This document shows, in pieces, positions 26,832 through 40,164 of a DNA stretch of 64,000 nt. The notes under the pieces are model-generated. The model had not been told where the DNA came from and did no database searches. It was given only the letters and a program-made list of their open reading frames with translations. The stretch covers positions 3,774,301-3,838,300 of the forward strand of contig CM119270.1 in the NCBI GenBank assembly GCA_051294375.1, in the 5' to 3' direction. This DNA comes from Paraspadella gotoi (lineage: Eukaryota > Animalia > Chaetognatha). Every line of letters starts with the position of its first letter. The first letter of the stretch is position 1. A program made the position numbers and the translations under genes.

Positions 26832-27790
26832 GTTTTCTCACAGATTGACTAATTCTTTAAAGCGTCAATCGAGCGGTTCATGTCGCTAGCGTCGTCGTCG
26901 TCGTCGTCGTCGTCGCCGGTTATATGCAACAATATGGAGGAATCTGGAGAGCTGAACTCCCACGGTGCAAAAAAGACTTAAGTGAAAGGGTGGAACCAAC
27001 TTGAAGGCAAGGAAGTGAACGGCGTTTGGATCACGACAACGAGGAACGACGACAAAGACGAACGACGACGACGATGAGAGAAGACGACGAACGACAACGA
27101 CGAAGCGTTCCTTCGCTTCACGGGGTGAACGTCCAACTGTGAACGGTGAATGGGAAACGTGAGAATGGATGAACGATGGACGACCAATTCAACGGAGGAG
27201 GCTAAGGTGGAGGTAGAAGTCAATGCAGGACGCGAAAAGCGCGTGGATGGCGGCGGTGTCAGCGCGGTGACAGCGGCGGCGGCGGGGCGGCGGGCTGGCG
27301 GCGGCGGTAGGTTAAGTAGGTGGAGGTAGAGAGAAAAAGGAGAAAAGCAGGACGATAAAAGCTTTGGTCGCCCGACACCAATGAGCGGTCACCGCCAATT
27401 AGCGACAGTCATTCAACGCAAGCAATCAGCGACCAGCGCAATGAGCGGCAGCCATTCAAGCGGCAGCCAATCAGCGGACCCGCGCAATGATGCGACAGCC
27501 ATTGCAGCGGAAGTCAATCAGCGACCGCCAATAAGAGCCGGCAATTTAAATGTAAAACCCCATTCCCTCTCAAAGGATATGTAGCAGGCTGAAGGTCGTC
27601 TTACGTGAAAAGCGATTGAAAGGGGGAGAGTAAGCACGGTGATTGCAAGCACCTTGGATTGCAGAAGCACGATAATTGCAACAAGCGGGGCATTCGAAGA
27701 GGAGTAAATTTTGCTTCGGGGGGGAAGGGTTTTCAGACTATCGAGGTGGCTTGCCAGAGAAATACGTAGCCGATTGTTTTTCTTTGTTTA

Positions 27791-29209
27791 CAAGGTGACA
27801 CACGAACAGCCCGCCGCTGAAAAAAAAATCGTCATTTGCAAACTTGTAAAGATTTTTGTTTAATCTGAAAGATTTTTTCTGAGTAAAACTTAAATAATTA
27901 AAGATCCAAATTTTATAGGATTGGATAGTTAAGAATTTATACCTGACAATGACGGATAAAAGTTGGCCTTCAAAGATCAGTGGTGTTCATTTTAAAACGT
28001 TCATTTTTTCCTTCAATTTGTTGTCTACACTTTTTAAACAATTTTTTTCAAAAAATTTTATATAAATCTATAAATATCTTTTGAATGCTTCTTAAAGATA
28101 GTGAAGAAGAATTGGTATAATTAAAAAATATTGTACTATAAAAATTAACAGTATGCCTGCTTTAAATAAGAAAAGGCTAATCAAAGCTAAGATAATTAGG
28201 TTAAATTAAAAATTCTTTAAAGAGCAGAGTTTTGGAATAATTATCAAGAAGTTGAATTGTTAGCCGATTTAATTTAGTTTTACTTAAGCTTTTTTATGAT
28301 ACCTATACTAAACAATGTAATAATGTGTGAAAACGTAGAATATGATTAATTATTTATTGATACGTAAGCTAAGCTGGTACTTATTTCATGTTATGATATT
28401 CTTAAATATGTCATTTTCAGAAGATAATTAATATTGATAGCCTTGTTTATGTAAGGAAGTTTTTAAAAAATGTGATAAAGTTAGACAAAAGAGATTGAAA
28501 AAAAAAGATTTGTGTTTACTAAAATGAGAAGAAGATTTTAAATCAACTTTTTCCGGGTCATAATGTCAGGTCAAATCATAACCCAATCAATATAGAAAAT
28601 TTCAATATATAAAAGTGATCGTGTGTTGGGTCCGCGCGCGTTTCCCCTGTTCGCGTTCTTGGAGTCGCAAAATGCAAGCTTCTCCCTGCGTTCCGTGGAT
28701 TGCGGGCCTGGCGACCGAATCACCGGTCGAGAATGGCTGAGAAGATAGTATTCTACCTTTTTGACCGCGGGTTTCCGGCGCGCAGCCATGAGGAAACGCG
28801 TGCGTCGGTCGTATTATTTGTTGATGATGGCATTTGATCTTGTAAAACGGACGGCCAACCGTTTTCAAACCCAGTAAGAGGTTATTTTACTTATTGATCA
28901 CGGAATTTTTAACTTGTTTTTAAATTGTTTTTAATATGTTTTTACCCTGTTTTTAACTGCGTTTTTACATGGTTTTATTTGATTGTTAATACGTTTGTAT
29001 TTCGTGCCTTTTTACTTGATAGTAATACATGTTCTTTTAAGCCTCACTAACCTTCGAATTCGTGGCCGAGCAATTTAGGTTTATTTGAGTACAAGATCAA
29101 ACAAAATGATTTAGGTTGGTTTGACTACAGAAAAATCTTTCAGATTAAAAAAATCTTCACAAGTGCAAATGTTGATTTTTAGCGGGCGGGCGATCGTGTG
29201 TCAGCCTTG
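27791..29209. mobile_element. Second, error-rich copy of the same MITE inside the duplicated block, carrying an extra insertion
   Basis: Same termini and flanks as 20382-21299, plus extra sequence at 28620-29103. Confidence 0.8.
28620..29103. mobile_element. About 480-bp insertion with apparent 7-bp target-site duplication (AAATGAT); unclassified, possibly SINE-like
   Basis: The empty site in the other copy reads ATATAAATGATTTAGG (~21191-21206). Here AAAAgTGAT and AAAATGAT flank a GC-rich head plus T-rich body. Confidence 0.6.
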
Positions 29210-30631
29210 TACTGGTGTACCTTTCTGACTTTAAATGAAGTGACGTAATGGGGAGGTCTGACAATGGTCAATGATATCGATGTCAGTTGGAGGCGGGAAT
29301 GGTCTATCGATAGTTGCGGGACGTGTGAGTTTTTGATGGCACCAAAAGCCGGAAACCTGCTGAGTGGAAATTTGGAAAGGCCAACGGACCCGCACCGAGA
29401 AGAGAAATAAATCTTGCACGAGTACGAAGATGTCACAAACTGGTGCAGCAAGAAAGACGATTGTGATAGTGAGCGAGGAATCCCTTGCGCTGTGAAAGGG
29501 TTCGGACTGTGCGGTTCAGCGTGTGAACGTTTAGTGCTGAAAAAAGTCACGATCGACTCGGTCGAGATTTCCGCCGTCAACGAAGAAAAGAGAAATGGCA
29601 GCCGGTTTTCACTCTTATGGGGAGAAATATGGCACTTTCACTAAAATTGGAATTTACAACAACCTGATGACAAAAAAATGATAAAAATTAAGAACGACCT
29701 CTGTTGCATTAAATACAAGCTGATGGAGATGGCGACGACGACGACACGTCTGATACATAGATGACGCAGACGACGACAACGACGACGACTATCATGAAGA
29801 CGACATCTTTTTTCTTCGCCAGAACCAAATTTCGGCTAAGAACCTTGGCGTTAAATTATTTTTCATTGGCATTTCTCTCTATCTTCTCTCTCTCTCTCTC
29901 TCTCTCTCTTCTCTGCTCTCTCCTCTCTCTCTCTCTCTCGTCTCTCTCTCTCTATCCTCTATTTTTTTTCCCTCTCTCTTTGGCCTTCATGGACTTTTGA
30001 CGTCGCCCAAAAAAAGAGAACCCGACATTGGAAACGAACGACGACGACGACGAACGACGACGACGACGACAACGACGGGTTCCATGGCAACCCACCGCCG
30101 CTTTTCTTCCCTCGAAAAAACTCGAGGGGTCAGGGTCGTCGCAAGTTTTTCCCTTCTTTTTGCTTTCCGCTCACGTTTAACCTCTTTGTAAAACGATTTT
30201 TTTTTTTAAAGAGTGTGAAATAACCTAAAATACTCGGCGTTTTAAACTTGTAGGTATTGTATAAATCCCTAAAAATTGTCACGAGTTGAAATAAACTGAG
30301 ATATATACTAAAATTATACTACAATTATCAAAGATTGTCAAAATGAAGTACATAGTGAGAGATGACGATCATAGGACAAATTATTCTTAACAGCCAGTTG
30401 CTTTATTATATTTAAGTTAATATAAGAATCCACAATTAACAAAGCAAGGTTAACAGAGTGCTAGTATATTGGCTAACACAGTTAATGTGATCATATCCAA
30501 AAAATAGGTTAATGAGCAGGTGAACTGGTTGAACTGTTGGAACTGGAACTGCAGCATTCTAGTTGTCGCATATATTAGTTCCGCTAATTCTATTTGTTTA
30601 TTTCATTTTTCTCTACTCTCCCTCTCTCGTC

Positions 30632-30668
<37 letters not shown>

Positions 30669-30779
30669 ATCGTTTTTTTCCGCCAATCGTTTTTCCTGAA
30701 AACTATTATTGAGTTCAAAAGAGAAAAAAAAAACCAACAAGATTTAAACAGCGAACAAGTTCCTTGGCATGCGGCGTTA

Positions 30780-31159
30780 GGTTCTTCTACTTTCCTTTCT
30801 TTCTTCCTTCCTTTCTTTCTTTATTTCTCTTTCTTTCTTTATTTCCTCCTTTCTTTAAATCGCTTCCTTCCCTTCCTCTCATCCCTTCTCCCTTCTTTTC
30901 CTTTCTTTTCTCCAACGCTTTTTATTCCTGCCCCCTTCTCTTTCTTTCTTGTCTTTCTTCTTTCTGTTTTCTTCTTCTTTTATTTGTCTTTCTTTTTTTC
31001 TTTCTGTCCTCCTTTCTCTTTCGGTTTTTTTCTTTCGTTTCTTCCTTTATTTCTTCTTTTCTTAATCCTTCCTCCCTCCTCTCAATCCCCTTTCCTCTAT
31101 CACTTTCCTTTCTTCTTTCTCTCCACCCCTTTTTTATTCCGTGGCCCCTTTCTTTCCTC

Positions 31160-31201
<42 letters not shown>

Positions 31202-31344
31202 GTCTGTCTTTGGTCTTTCTTTCTTTTCTTTCTTTCTTTCTTTCTTTCTTTCCTCCTTTCTTTAATCCTCCCTCCCTTCCTCTCTTCACTTCTCCCTTCC
31301 TTTCCTTTCTTTTCTCCCCCTTTTTTATTCCCTCCCTTTCTTTT

Positions 31345-31376
<32 letters not shown>

Positions 31377-31490
31377 TTTCTTTCCTTCTTTCTTTAATCT
31401 TCCCTCCCTTCCTCTTTTCCCTCCTCCCTATCTTTCCTTTCTCTTCTCCACCTTCCTTATTCCCTCCCTTTCTTTCTTTTTATCTTTCTC
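30780..31490. repeat. Pyrimidine-rich (TTTC)n-based low-complexity block with internal longer duplications
   Basis: Repeated CTTTAATCCTYCCTCCCTTCCTCT.. units separated by TTTC runs. Confidence 0.85.
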
Positions 31491-31582
31491 CGTTACTTGA
31501 CTCTCTCAAATATTCTTTTTTTAATTTTCGCTCTGCGGATTACACTTTCTTTTCCTTTCCTTTTTAACACCTTCACCTCTGT

Positions 31583-31710
31583 GTACCTCATTATACCTTA
31601 GAATACCTTGGAATACTCTGAATACCTCATTATACCTTAGAATACCTTAGAATACTCTGAATACCTCATTATACCTTAGAATACCTCATTTTACTGAGTT
31701 TACTGAGTCC
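31583..31710 (+). repeat. About 10-bp tandem repeat (ATACCTTAGA / ATACCTCATT / ATACTCTGA variants)
   Basis: Directly visible tandem array. Confidence 0.85.
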
Positions 31711-31774
31711 AAGTTTCCTTCAATCCTTTTCAATCTCTAATCGCTCCTTCCGTCCACCTTCCTCAATGACCAGA

Positions 31775-31865
31775 CCTATCGCCCACCCTGACAAGTGACC
31801 ACGCCCATCGCCCACCCTGATCACGCCCTTCGCCCACCCTGACCACGCCCATCACCCACACCGAC
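31775..31865 (+). repeat. About 21-bp GC-rich tandem repeat (GACCACGCCCATCGCCCACCCT), about 4 units
   Basis: Directly visible; units contain CCACGCCC and CCCACCC. Confidence 0.8.
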
Positions 31866-31927
31866 CGAGCCTAAGGCCCACGGTTTAAAAATTTTAAATT
31901 TAGAGTTGGGACGAGGTAAGCCATTTC

Positions 31928-32307
31928 GGCCTTATATTCCCAGAACGCCCCATTTCATCTTAAATTAGGAATTAAGTTAAATTTTTTGAGTTAAAAATTA
32001 ATTATGAGGTTAGGAATTAAGGATTAAGTTAAGGATTAGGTTAGAGATTAAGGTTAGGGATTTGAGTTAGGGATTAGGGTTTGGGGTTAAAGGTTAGGAT
32101 TAGAAATTAGGGATAAAACCTTTATTAAAAGTTTAAGATTAGGGGTTAGGATTAAGTTAGGTTTAGGGATTAGGGTTAAATATTAGTTTATAGGATTAAA
32201 AATATATTTAGGTTATATATTGAGATTAAAATTAAATTCTGCGATAAAGGAAAAGAAATGAAGCACTATCGGAAAAGAGAAATGGGGCACTCTCGGAAAA
32301 GAGAGCC
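31928..32307. mobile_element. MITE with about 29-bp imperfect TIRs enclosing a degenerate (TTAGGG/TTAAGG)-like hexamer array
   Basis: Left GGCCTTATATTCCCAGAACGCCCCATTTC versus right GAAATGGGGCACTCTCGGAAAAGAGAGCC; interior such as TTAGGGATTAGGGTTTGGGGTTAAAGGTTAGG. Confidence 0.7.
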
Positions 32308-32559
32308 TGAATTTTTAATCTCGACGACAAATCAGAGTCTTTTTGAGTTGTGATTCGGGTCAGGAGCGAAATTGTGAAAAAAAGTTAAGGTCGATGACCT
32401 AAAGTTTGGCTTCGGTTTTCGAGTCACGAATAAACAAAAAAATCTGTGAAGCCTTTGGGCCTGAGCTAAGGCTTAGCCCAGGTCATAAGTCATACGAAAA
32501 TCGGTCTGACTTGAGCTAAAAAAAAGTAATGACGGCTAATTTGTAACTTGTTTAACCGC

Positions 32560-32880
32560 TGATGATGATGATGATGACGATGATGATGATAGTGATAATT
32601 ATGATTCATACAGATGATAATGAGATGGAGATGATGATGATGATGATGATAGTAAAAATTATGATTCATGATGATGATAAAGATGACGATGATGATGATA
32701 GTGATAATTATGATTCATAATGATGATAATGAGATGGGGATGATGATGACGATGTCGCTGTTGACGATAATAAAGACGAAGATGTTGATGATGATAATGA
32801 TCATGATGTTGATGTAATTAAGATGATGATAGTGATGATGATAACGATGTTGATGTTGACAATGACGTTGATGAGGATGA
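32560..32880. repeat. (GAT)n-derived array with three about 57-63-bp higher-order units (GATAGTGATAATTATGATTCAT)
   Basis: Directly visible. Confidence 0.8.
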
Positions 32881-33978
32881 CAGCGAAGAAAATTCAAAAT
32901 TCCAACAAAATCTAGTTTTATGACATTAACGGATTTTAAATCCTCTTTTTCGCCAAAAAAAAACTTTTCACGATCCATCAAAGAGATTCTTCTTCGACAG
33001 CGGTGAGGTTTTAACGTCCAGAACGACCATGCTCCACCATGTTGCCATGTCGTGCCATGCCATCCATGAACGAAACCTCTTTCGCTCCTAAAACCAAAAA
33101 CCCTTTTTATTGAGAAAATTTCTTTGTTTTTGAAAAAAATTCTGAGGGAGGAAGGAAGAGAGAGAAGAGATGAGAGGGAGAGAGGAGACAGAGAGATCGA
33201 GTGAGTCGAAATCGAGAGAGAGCCCAGAGAGGAGAGAGGGGAGAGGGTAGGATGAGGGCGGTAGGAGAGAGAGTAGAGAGAGAGAGAGATGAAGAAGAGA
33301 GAGAGGAGAAGAGAGGGAGAGAGAGAGAGGGAGAAGAACGGAAGAGAGAGAAACTGTGACACCGGGAAGTAAAAACGATCGGATGGTGAGGTCGTCTGCA
33401 TGAAAATGTGAGGTTTGAAGCGGTATAACTGTATGCTGTGACTTTGGCTCTTTAAAGAAAATTCTCGGTCTATCCTGTTTGACATGGGATTGTTGGGGTT
33501 GACTCTCTCTCTCTCTCTCTCTCTCCTCTCTCCCTCTCTCCTCTCTCTCTCTCTCTCGTCTCTCTTCTCTCTTCTCTCTCTCCCCTTTCCTTTGAAGCCT
33601 TCACTAAGCGGCCGAGCAAAAGAAACAAACTCAATGAATTAATTAAATCCCACACACCGGCATGACAAAAAAATAAAAAAAAAAAAAAGGACAAGGAAAA
33701 AACATTTAAATTTGATCGTCGCGTACAAAAGGATAGGAATTCCCATCAAAAAAAACGACTCGAACGACGATATGAGGACGACGATAAACGACGACTGTGG
33801 CAACGTTGGAGATTGTCGTGACCAACGACGACGACGGACTACAGAGTTTCAATTTCCGTCGTTGTCGTCGTTAATGGCAGTTTAAAGAGGAAATCTCGTT
33901 ATTTTCTGTTCTTTCAACGCTGAGTGAGAGAGAGAAGAGAAGAGAGAGCGAGAGAGAGAGAGAGAAGAGAGAGAGGAG

Positions 33979-34040
<62 letters not shown>

Positions 34041-34089
34041 GAAGAGAGAAGAAGAGAGAGAAGAGAAAGAGAGAAAGGAGAGAGAAAGA

Positions 34090-34120
<31 letters not shown>

Positions 34121-34860
34121 CTTCGGAAGGGGGATTCTCAGTGAAATCGTCCGGAAGAATAAAACGGAATAAAAGAGAGAAGAGGAATAAGTTCGTTTTT
34201 CCGCCGCCAGAGGGAATGAGATGGGGGGGGATAAGTAAAGTGGGTGAGGCCGATGGGATTTGGAACCGAATCCTCCTTTTGAGTGAGGTTTTTTTTTTTG
34301 TCGAGGTGAGATTGGAGACTTTGTGATTCGAAATTCTACCCGAGATTGTGAATTTCATTTTATTTCTTAAGTTAAATTCGTTTTTAAGACAAGAGAGTCA
34401 AATGTGAGATGAGATATAATGCATCGCGTTCTTTGATTGTTGAGAATTAGTTAGATTTTAATTATCGAATTAGGATCATTTAAAATCAAATTTGTGGATA
34501 AGGCGCTAAGATGACTTTCATTTTTTTTGGTGTCCCCTCGGCAGCAATGGAACACCCACGAGACGCCCCAAAAGCAGTGATCGGCTGTTCGCACGGTTCC
34601 AGCAGGGTAGTTACCATTGGGGGATCGATCCCGGTCACGAGCTGACTGCCTTGCTCAATGAGCCATGTTTATAGCCGAGGTGAACTTGCCGTAATGTATG
34701 ACTATAAATTTTTGTTGACATTTGCCCAATATCGCTGCGTGAAATTTTGAAAAATGTTTATTTTTACAAGAAAATCAACTACAAATTTTTGTCTGATCTC
34801 ACGACGACCGCAGACATGACTTCACAGCAAGCGCCGATCCATAAAATATGTTTTTCGGCT

Positions 34861-34895
<35 letters not shown>

Positions 34896-35216
34896 AGTCC
34901 TTTTCATCGGTGCCGCATTATTTTTCTTCATAACTTTCCTTTTTATGACGTCGTCGTCGTCGTCCCGTTCTCGTCGCCATATTTCTCTTCATTCATGAGT
35001 TTTTTCTCTACGACGTCATCGTCGTTGTTGTCGTTGTTGTCGTTGTTGTCATCATTATCGCTTCTATTCAAAAGTTTATTCTTTTTTGTCTCGTAATCAA
35101 TTTGCGGGTCAGACTCAGAGAAAATCTGTGGGACGGACAAAGAGAGAGAGAGAGAGAGAAAAAGAGAGAAAAAATAGAGTGGGAGTATATGGATTTTTAT
35201 AGAGAGTGAAGAGAAT

Positions 35217-35274
<58 letters not shown>

Positions 35275-35600
35275 TAACCAGCGACAGAAAGAAGATGCCA
35301 AATCGGAGAAGGAGAACCGTCCCACAATAAGAGAAAAAAACGATAAATTCATAAAGACGAACTCAGGAGAATAGAACGTTGTGTACCATAATTAATAATA
35401 CTTGGATGACGTTTGTAAAACTTAAGAAAATAAAGAAATATCGATAGATTAAAAAACAAAACTTGAATTACTGAACTGATTTACTAAAATTAAAGAAAAT
35501 ACGAAGATGAAGTGAAAAAGAAAAGAAATTATTTGGACTCATTTCTTGGTTTCACAACCACATGTTTCAAAGACCCCATTAGACTGAACTGGGATTTCTC

Positions 35601-35634
<34 letters not shown>

Positions 35635-36994
35635 CCATTTTTTTTTCTCTCTCTCTCCGTTGTTTCAGTCGCGAAATCGAGTCAGAAATTTGCATTTTTT
35701 TGTTGCGAGTCGGGAATCGAGCTGCGCGGGATATTTGCTCTTTGCTATCTGCTTTTTTTTTCTTTTTTCAATTTTTTTTTTCACTTTTTCGGCGCTTTAT
35801 TTTTCGCCTCCATTCTGCTTTTCTTTCTCCGCTAAACGCTTTCATTTTTTGCCTTCCATTCATAAGCAACAATTTTTTCATGGCTTTTATGATGTTTATC
35901 TTAGAAAATCAAAAGGAAAATTTTGCTCCGTCCCCCCCCCCGCAGACCCAATAGAGATTAAGGTGGAACGAGTTTAAAACTAAGAGTTCTGTGATATGAA
36001 TGTTATTAAAGTATCTCTTGGACAATTTTTTTAAAAGCATTATCAGTATGTGAAGAGTCTTTTAAATTTGTTTAAACAATTGATTCTGACAATGCTTTAA
36101 AAGTTAAAAAAATATATAACCCGTTCTTAAAAATTACCAATTAAAAGGATTTCCTCCTCATAATTAAATATTTAAACGCCTTAATGTTTTAACGTGCTTC
36201 ACTAATTAACAATGACTCAGTGCAAAAGAATTAAGTATATAAACAACAAAAGAAATTCATATACCACAGAATTCGCAATGATAAAAATATAACCATTTTG
36301 GGCCGGCCCTAATGTAGATACATTTTTAAAGATCTCGATATGAGTTTGTTTTTTTGGCCAATAAAACAATAAACAATTCGCGGCGCATTATTTTGAGCGA
36401 ATTATTGTTAGCGCGCCCTTGAGGCTTGAGCCTCGTTTTCAGAAACTTTTCCAAAGTCAACAAAGATTTTTTTTCTTTATTTTTTTATAAGTTTTCTTTT
36501 GTCTTTTCTTTTTGTATATTTATTTCTCTTCTGTCCCATTCTGTCTTTGTTAAAGATAGCGTAAAATAAAAAAATGAATTGTCTTTGAGATAAGACAGCT
36601 TTTGGTGGAAGATGCGAGTGCAGTTTTTAATTTCTCTACCGAATACAGTCTTATCTCAACATATTTCACCTGTGCATGAAACGTCACTTCAAAATTTAAT
36701 AAATTGTCTTTCTTTTATTATTTTTACATCTCAGTTTTGACCAGGTTTATCATATTAAAAAAAAAAAGCTTTATCGTTTTTAAATTTTTTAGAAAAGAAA
36801 TATAATGTCATTATAAGTTGAAGAAAAATCCATGATTAACAACACTTTGCATTACATCCGTTTTTACCACCCTGTATTTGGAGCGTGCAGAGGCCTCGCT
36901 TCTCCGGACGCAACTTTGTCAGAACTGAGGCGATAGAACCACATCATTAGTGAGAAAAGGGAACGTGGCTATTGATAAAACGGCGCGGGGGAGA

Positions 36995-37032
<38 letters not shown>

Positions 37033-37043
37033 AGAGAGAGGAA

Positions 37044-37075
<32 letters not shown>

Positions 37076-37376
37076 TCAAGGAGAAAGAATTAGTGGAAAA
37101 AGAAAACAGGACTCTTTTTTCTCTCGCCACTCTCCCTCTATCTCTCTCTTCCTACCTCTCTCTCTCTCTCTCTCTCTCCTCTCTGTCCTTCCTTCTCTCT
37201 CTCCCTCTTTCTCGTAAATGATAAGCAAATAGTGACAGCAACAGACTGGAAATGGAAGAGAAAAAAAGAGAGAAAAATGTTGACTCAGAAAAAAAGAATG
37301 TGCTGCTCTTCGAAATGAGGTTCTAAAGATTGGCTCGCGAAAAGCATTTCCCATAACATCGAGAATGACATTGGAG

Positions 37377-37432
<56 letters not shown>

Positions 37433-37444
37433 AGAGATGAGAGA

Positions 37445-37497
<53 letters not shown>

Positions 37498-37706
37498 AAA
37501 AGTTAACGAGAAAAAAGAAAAGATTTTTAATAAAAATTCGAAATAAACAAAACAGATGATTTTTTTTTCATTCATCAAATGAATTAAGTTTCGAACAGAT
37601 GACCAGTCGTTTTTCTTCTTCATGAATAATGGATAAAAAATGCTTTTTAAATTTAATATTATTGAAATATTTGACTGTTATGGTGAGTGACGGGGATGGA
37701 GAGGAG

Positions 37707-37777
<71 letters not shown>

Positions 37778-39442
37778 AGAGAGAGAAAAGAGAGAGAGAG
37801 GAGAGAGAGAGAGAGAGACATAAAGCTAAACTCTCGATTATGACGTGATGCGTCTAAAAAATAACTACGTTGGGGCGTAAAATCTCACAACGATTCGGTC
37901 TCATCCAACACGACTTTTCGGTGCAAAAAATGGGGGGGGACAACGACGATGACGACGACGCGACGACGAAGCCGACAACGAGACGACGACGCCGAAGGCA
38001 GATGTTTCCCGCGTTTAGGTTTGACTCGTTCACCTGAAGGTGATCACAAATTGGGTTTAAAGGGAAGGGAGCACCTCGGTGAGTAATTGAGTTAGGCTGA
38101 CGAATGGCGGGAGGCGCCTCTTCGCTGCTGCTCGCTTTAGCCATTTACTACTATAAGTATAACCAAATTAATCATAAAATTTATATTTTTATTCTATTCT
38201 TTTAGACTTTTTGTTAATAGTTTTTAATAATTTTTTCATTAATTTAATTTTAATTTAAAAAAAATAATTTTTTTGATCAAAAATTAAAGGTAAAATAATT
38301 TTTTTTTTCTTGTTTATGAGAAATTTTTAAATATATTTTACAAAATATTGAACAATGTAGAAATATAGAAAATTTAGAAATATTTATTAAAATAGCAATT
38401 TTATGTATAAAACAAACATTTAAACTTTTATAAACTATAGTAATTTTTTTTAATGAGCAGTCTTTTCATGTAAATGTAGATTCTAACAAGGGATTTACAA
38501 AATGAGTCCTCATTGTCAGCTCCGACAAATCGAGTGCGACTATCTTTCATCTTTATGATATTCACATCTTCTCTCAATTTTGAAGAAAGTCAATTTGGTC
38601 AACTGGGCACTACCACGGAAGGAGTTTTCGCATTATCAACATGCAAAACATACATAACGCATAGATACAATCCTAATAAACGACGCAGATCGTGATTGCA
38701 ATTGTGAATGGCAATAAAGGAAATTTCAAACAAAATCGACTCGCGATTGCAATGAAGTTAGTTTTCGTTAAAGATGTTTCACAAACCTTTGCTCTTTTTA
38801 GTTACGCCAATTCAACGACTTCGAGAAAAGAACTTTTTGTTTTCTATCGTCTTGCCTGAATGTTCAGTTCAGTTCAGTTTAAGTTATGTCTAAATTCAGA
38901 GTACTTTCTGGATATAGAAGTTATTCCATGTTCGCTTCGAAGTTCATACTAATATCCAAATTTAGTGTGATCTCTACCTTGCTTTTTGGCTTTTTTAATT
39001 TGAAAAAAAAGTTCCACTTCATTCCGTCCTTCATTCACGAACACCCAAAGAAAGAAAAAAAGCAATGTAAAATGTCCAATGGGTTGCCCCAGTTACTTTT
39101 GTATCGCGTGTGTGTAAACGTAGCGGTTGGACTAAGAGTACGCACTGCAATCGAAATCTATCTTTATTTCTTTATGTTTTCCCTTTAAAACAAAGTAGCG
39201 GCCTAGTAGTTGCTTAGAATCGATTTCTCTCGCGTATGAGCAAAAAAATAACAAAAGCGCAACCAACGAACGATCGAAAAAAGTCTCTTATGGAGTTCCT
39301 CCGCAGTACTCTCGGCGCAAGCTAAAAAGTCTCCGAACTTCCTTCGACGTCGCTCGCATTGTTTAACGTCGCCCCGCCGAATAAAACAACCGGCCATAAT
39401 GGTTTCGGTTAATGTTAGTCAATTTATATTTCAAACCGTTAC

Positions 39443-39484
<42 letters not shown>

Positions 39485-39599
39485 CTGCTCTTCTCTCGTC
39501 TTCTCTCTCTCTCTCTCTGCTCTCTCTTCTCTCTCCTTCGACAATTCCCAGGGTTTATGACGTTTGCTTTACCTTCTCCCGTTTTGAGATTTTTTTTTA

Positions 39600-40164
39600 A
39601 GAACGCCCCATTTCCGACTTTAATTCTGGAATTGATAAAATTTATAAAATATTAGAGATCGAACTTTTGGTTATGGATTAGGTCAAAAATCAAATTAATG
39701 ATTGATGGTTATGTATTAGGTTAGTGATTGAGGGTTAAAATATTATGGATTATAAGTTGAGGTTAGGTTAAAAATCAAGGATTAAAGATTAGATTAAAGA
39801 ATAAGTTAGGGTAATGCAATATAGTTAGTCATTAAGTTATAATTTTAAATAATAAGTAATATTAAGTATGAAGAGATAGTAATGATTGTTGTGAATTAAT
39901 GACAAAACCGATTCAATATAAGCGTTCTCTCAGAACTTTGGATCAAGAGCTGCAATACCGCATCTTATAGGCGGGGTTTAACGCCCCTCCTTCTTTAACT
40001 GCTAGGACGACCACACGGTTAGAACCCCGGCCTTTGGGTGGGAGGCGAATGACATGCCTCCTGCACCAAAACCACTGATGAACAGTTAGATTTTAGTCCA
40101 CCATAATATGAGAATTAAATTCTAGGATATAATACAGAAATGGGGAACTCTCGAAAAGAGAGCC
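39600..40164 (+). mobile_element. Same MITE family, interrupted by a SINE-like insert; redundant copies at about 43397-43960, 45188-45815 and 49417-50005
   Basis: AGAACGCCCCATTTC...TTAGG-like array...GAAATGGGGAACTCTCGAAAAGAGAGCC. Confidence 0.65.
39946..40080 (-). mobile_element. tRNA-derived SINE-like element (tRNA-Val/Gly-like head); redundant copies at about 43745-43870 and 45585-45710
   Basis: Minus strand (cleanest copy 43810-43866): TGGTGCAG..TCATTCGCCTCCCAACCCAAAGGTCCGGGGTTCTAACCCGG, with A-box-like TGGTGCAG, B-box-like GGTTCTAACC, and a TTCGCCT..AAAGGTCC..GGTTC tract as in tRNA-Val. No complete cloverleaf seen. In the fourth copy this interval is an N gap (49766-49973), as expected for a high-copy repeat. 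Confidence 0.55.

Larger units (their letters stand above)
23000..30945 (+). other. Error-rich duplicate of 15771-22974 immediately after a 25-N gap (probable gap-filling artefact or second haplotype)
   Basis: Colinear over about 7.2 kb; differences are mostly scattered 1-nt indels. Confidence 0.9.

Noticed and set aside
30594-31567. Long Phe/Leu/Ser-rich ORFs (also 32715-33485, 53344-54240, 52439-52876) as membrane proteins
   Set aside because: Translations of TTTC, CT or TTTA low-complexity DNA.
31990-32180. True telomere or chromosome-fusion site
   Set aside because: Repeats are highly degenerate, short and enclosed by TIRs shared with other loci. The G-rich patch at about 3350-3440 is similarly degenerate.
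37854-38144. 96-aa ORF present identically twice (also 41656-41946)
   Set aside because: Identity reflects the assembly duplication; no recognisable domain, although a small exon here cannot be excluded.
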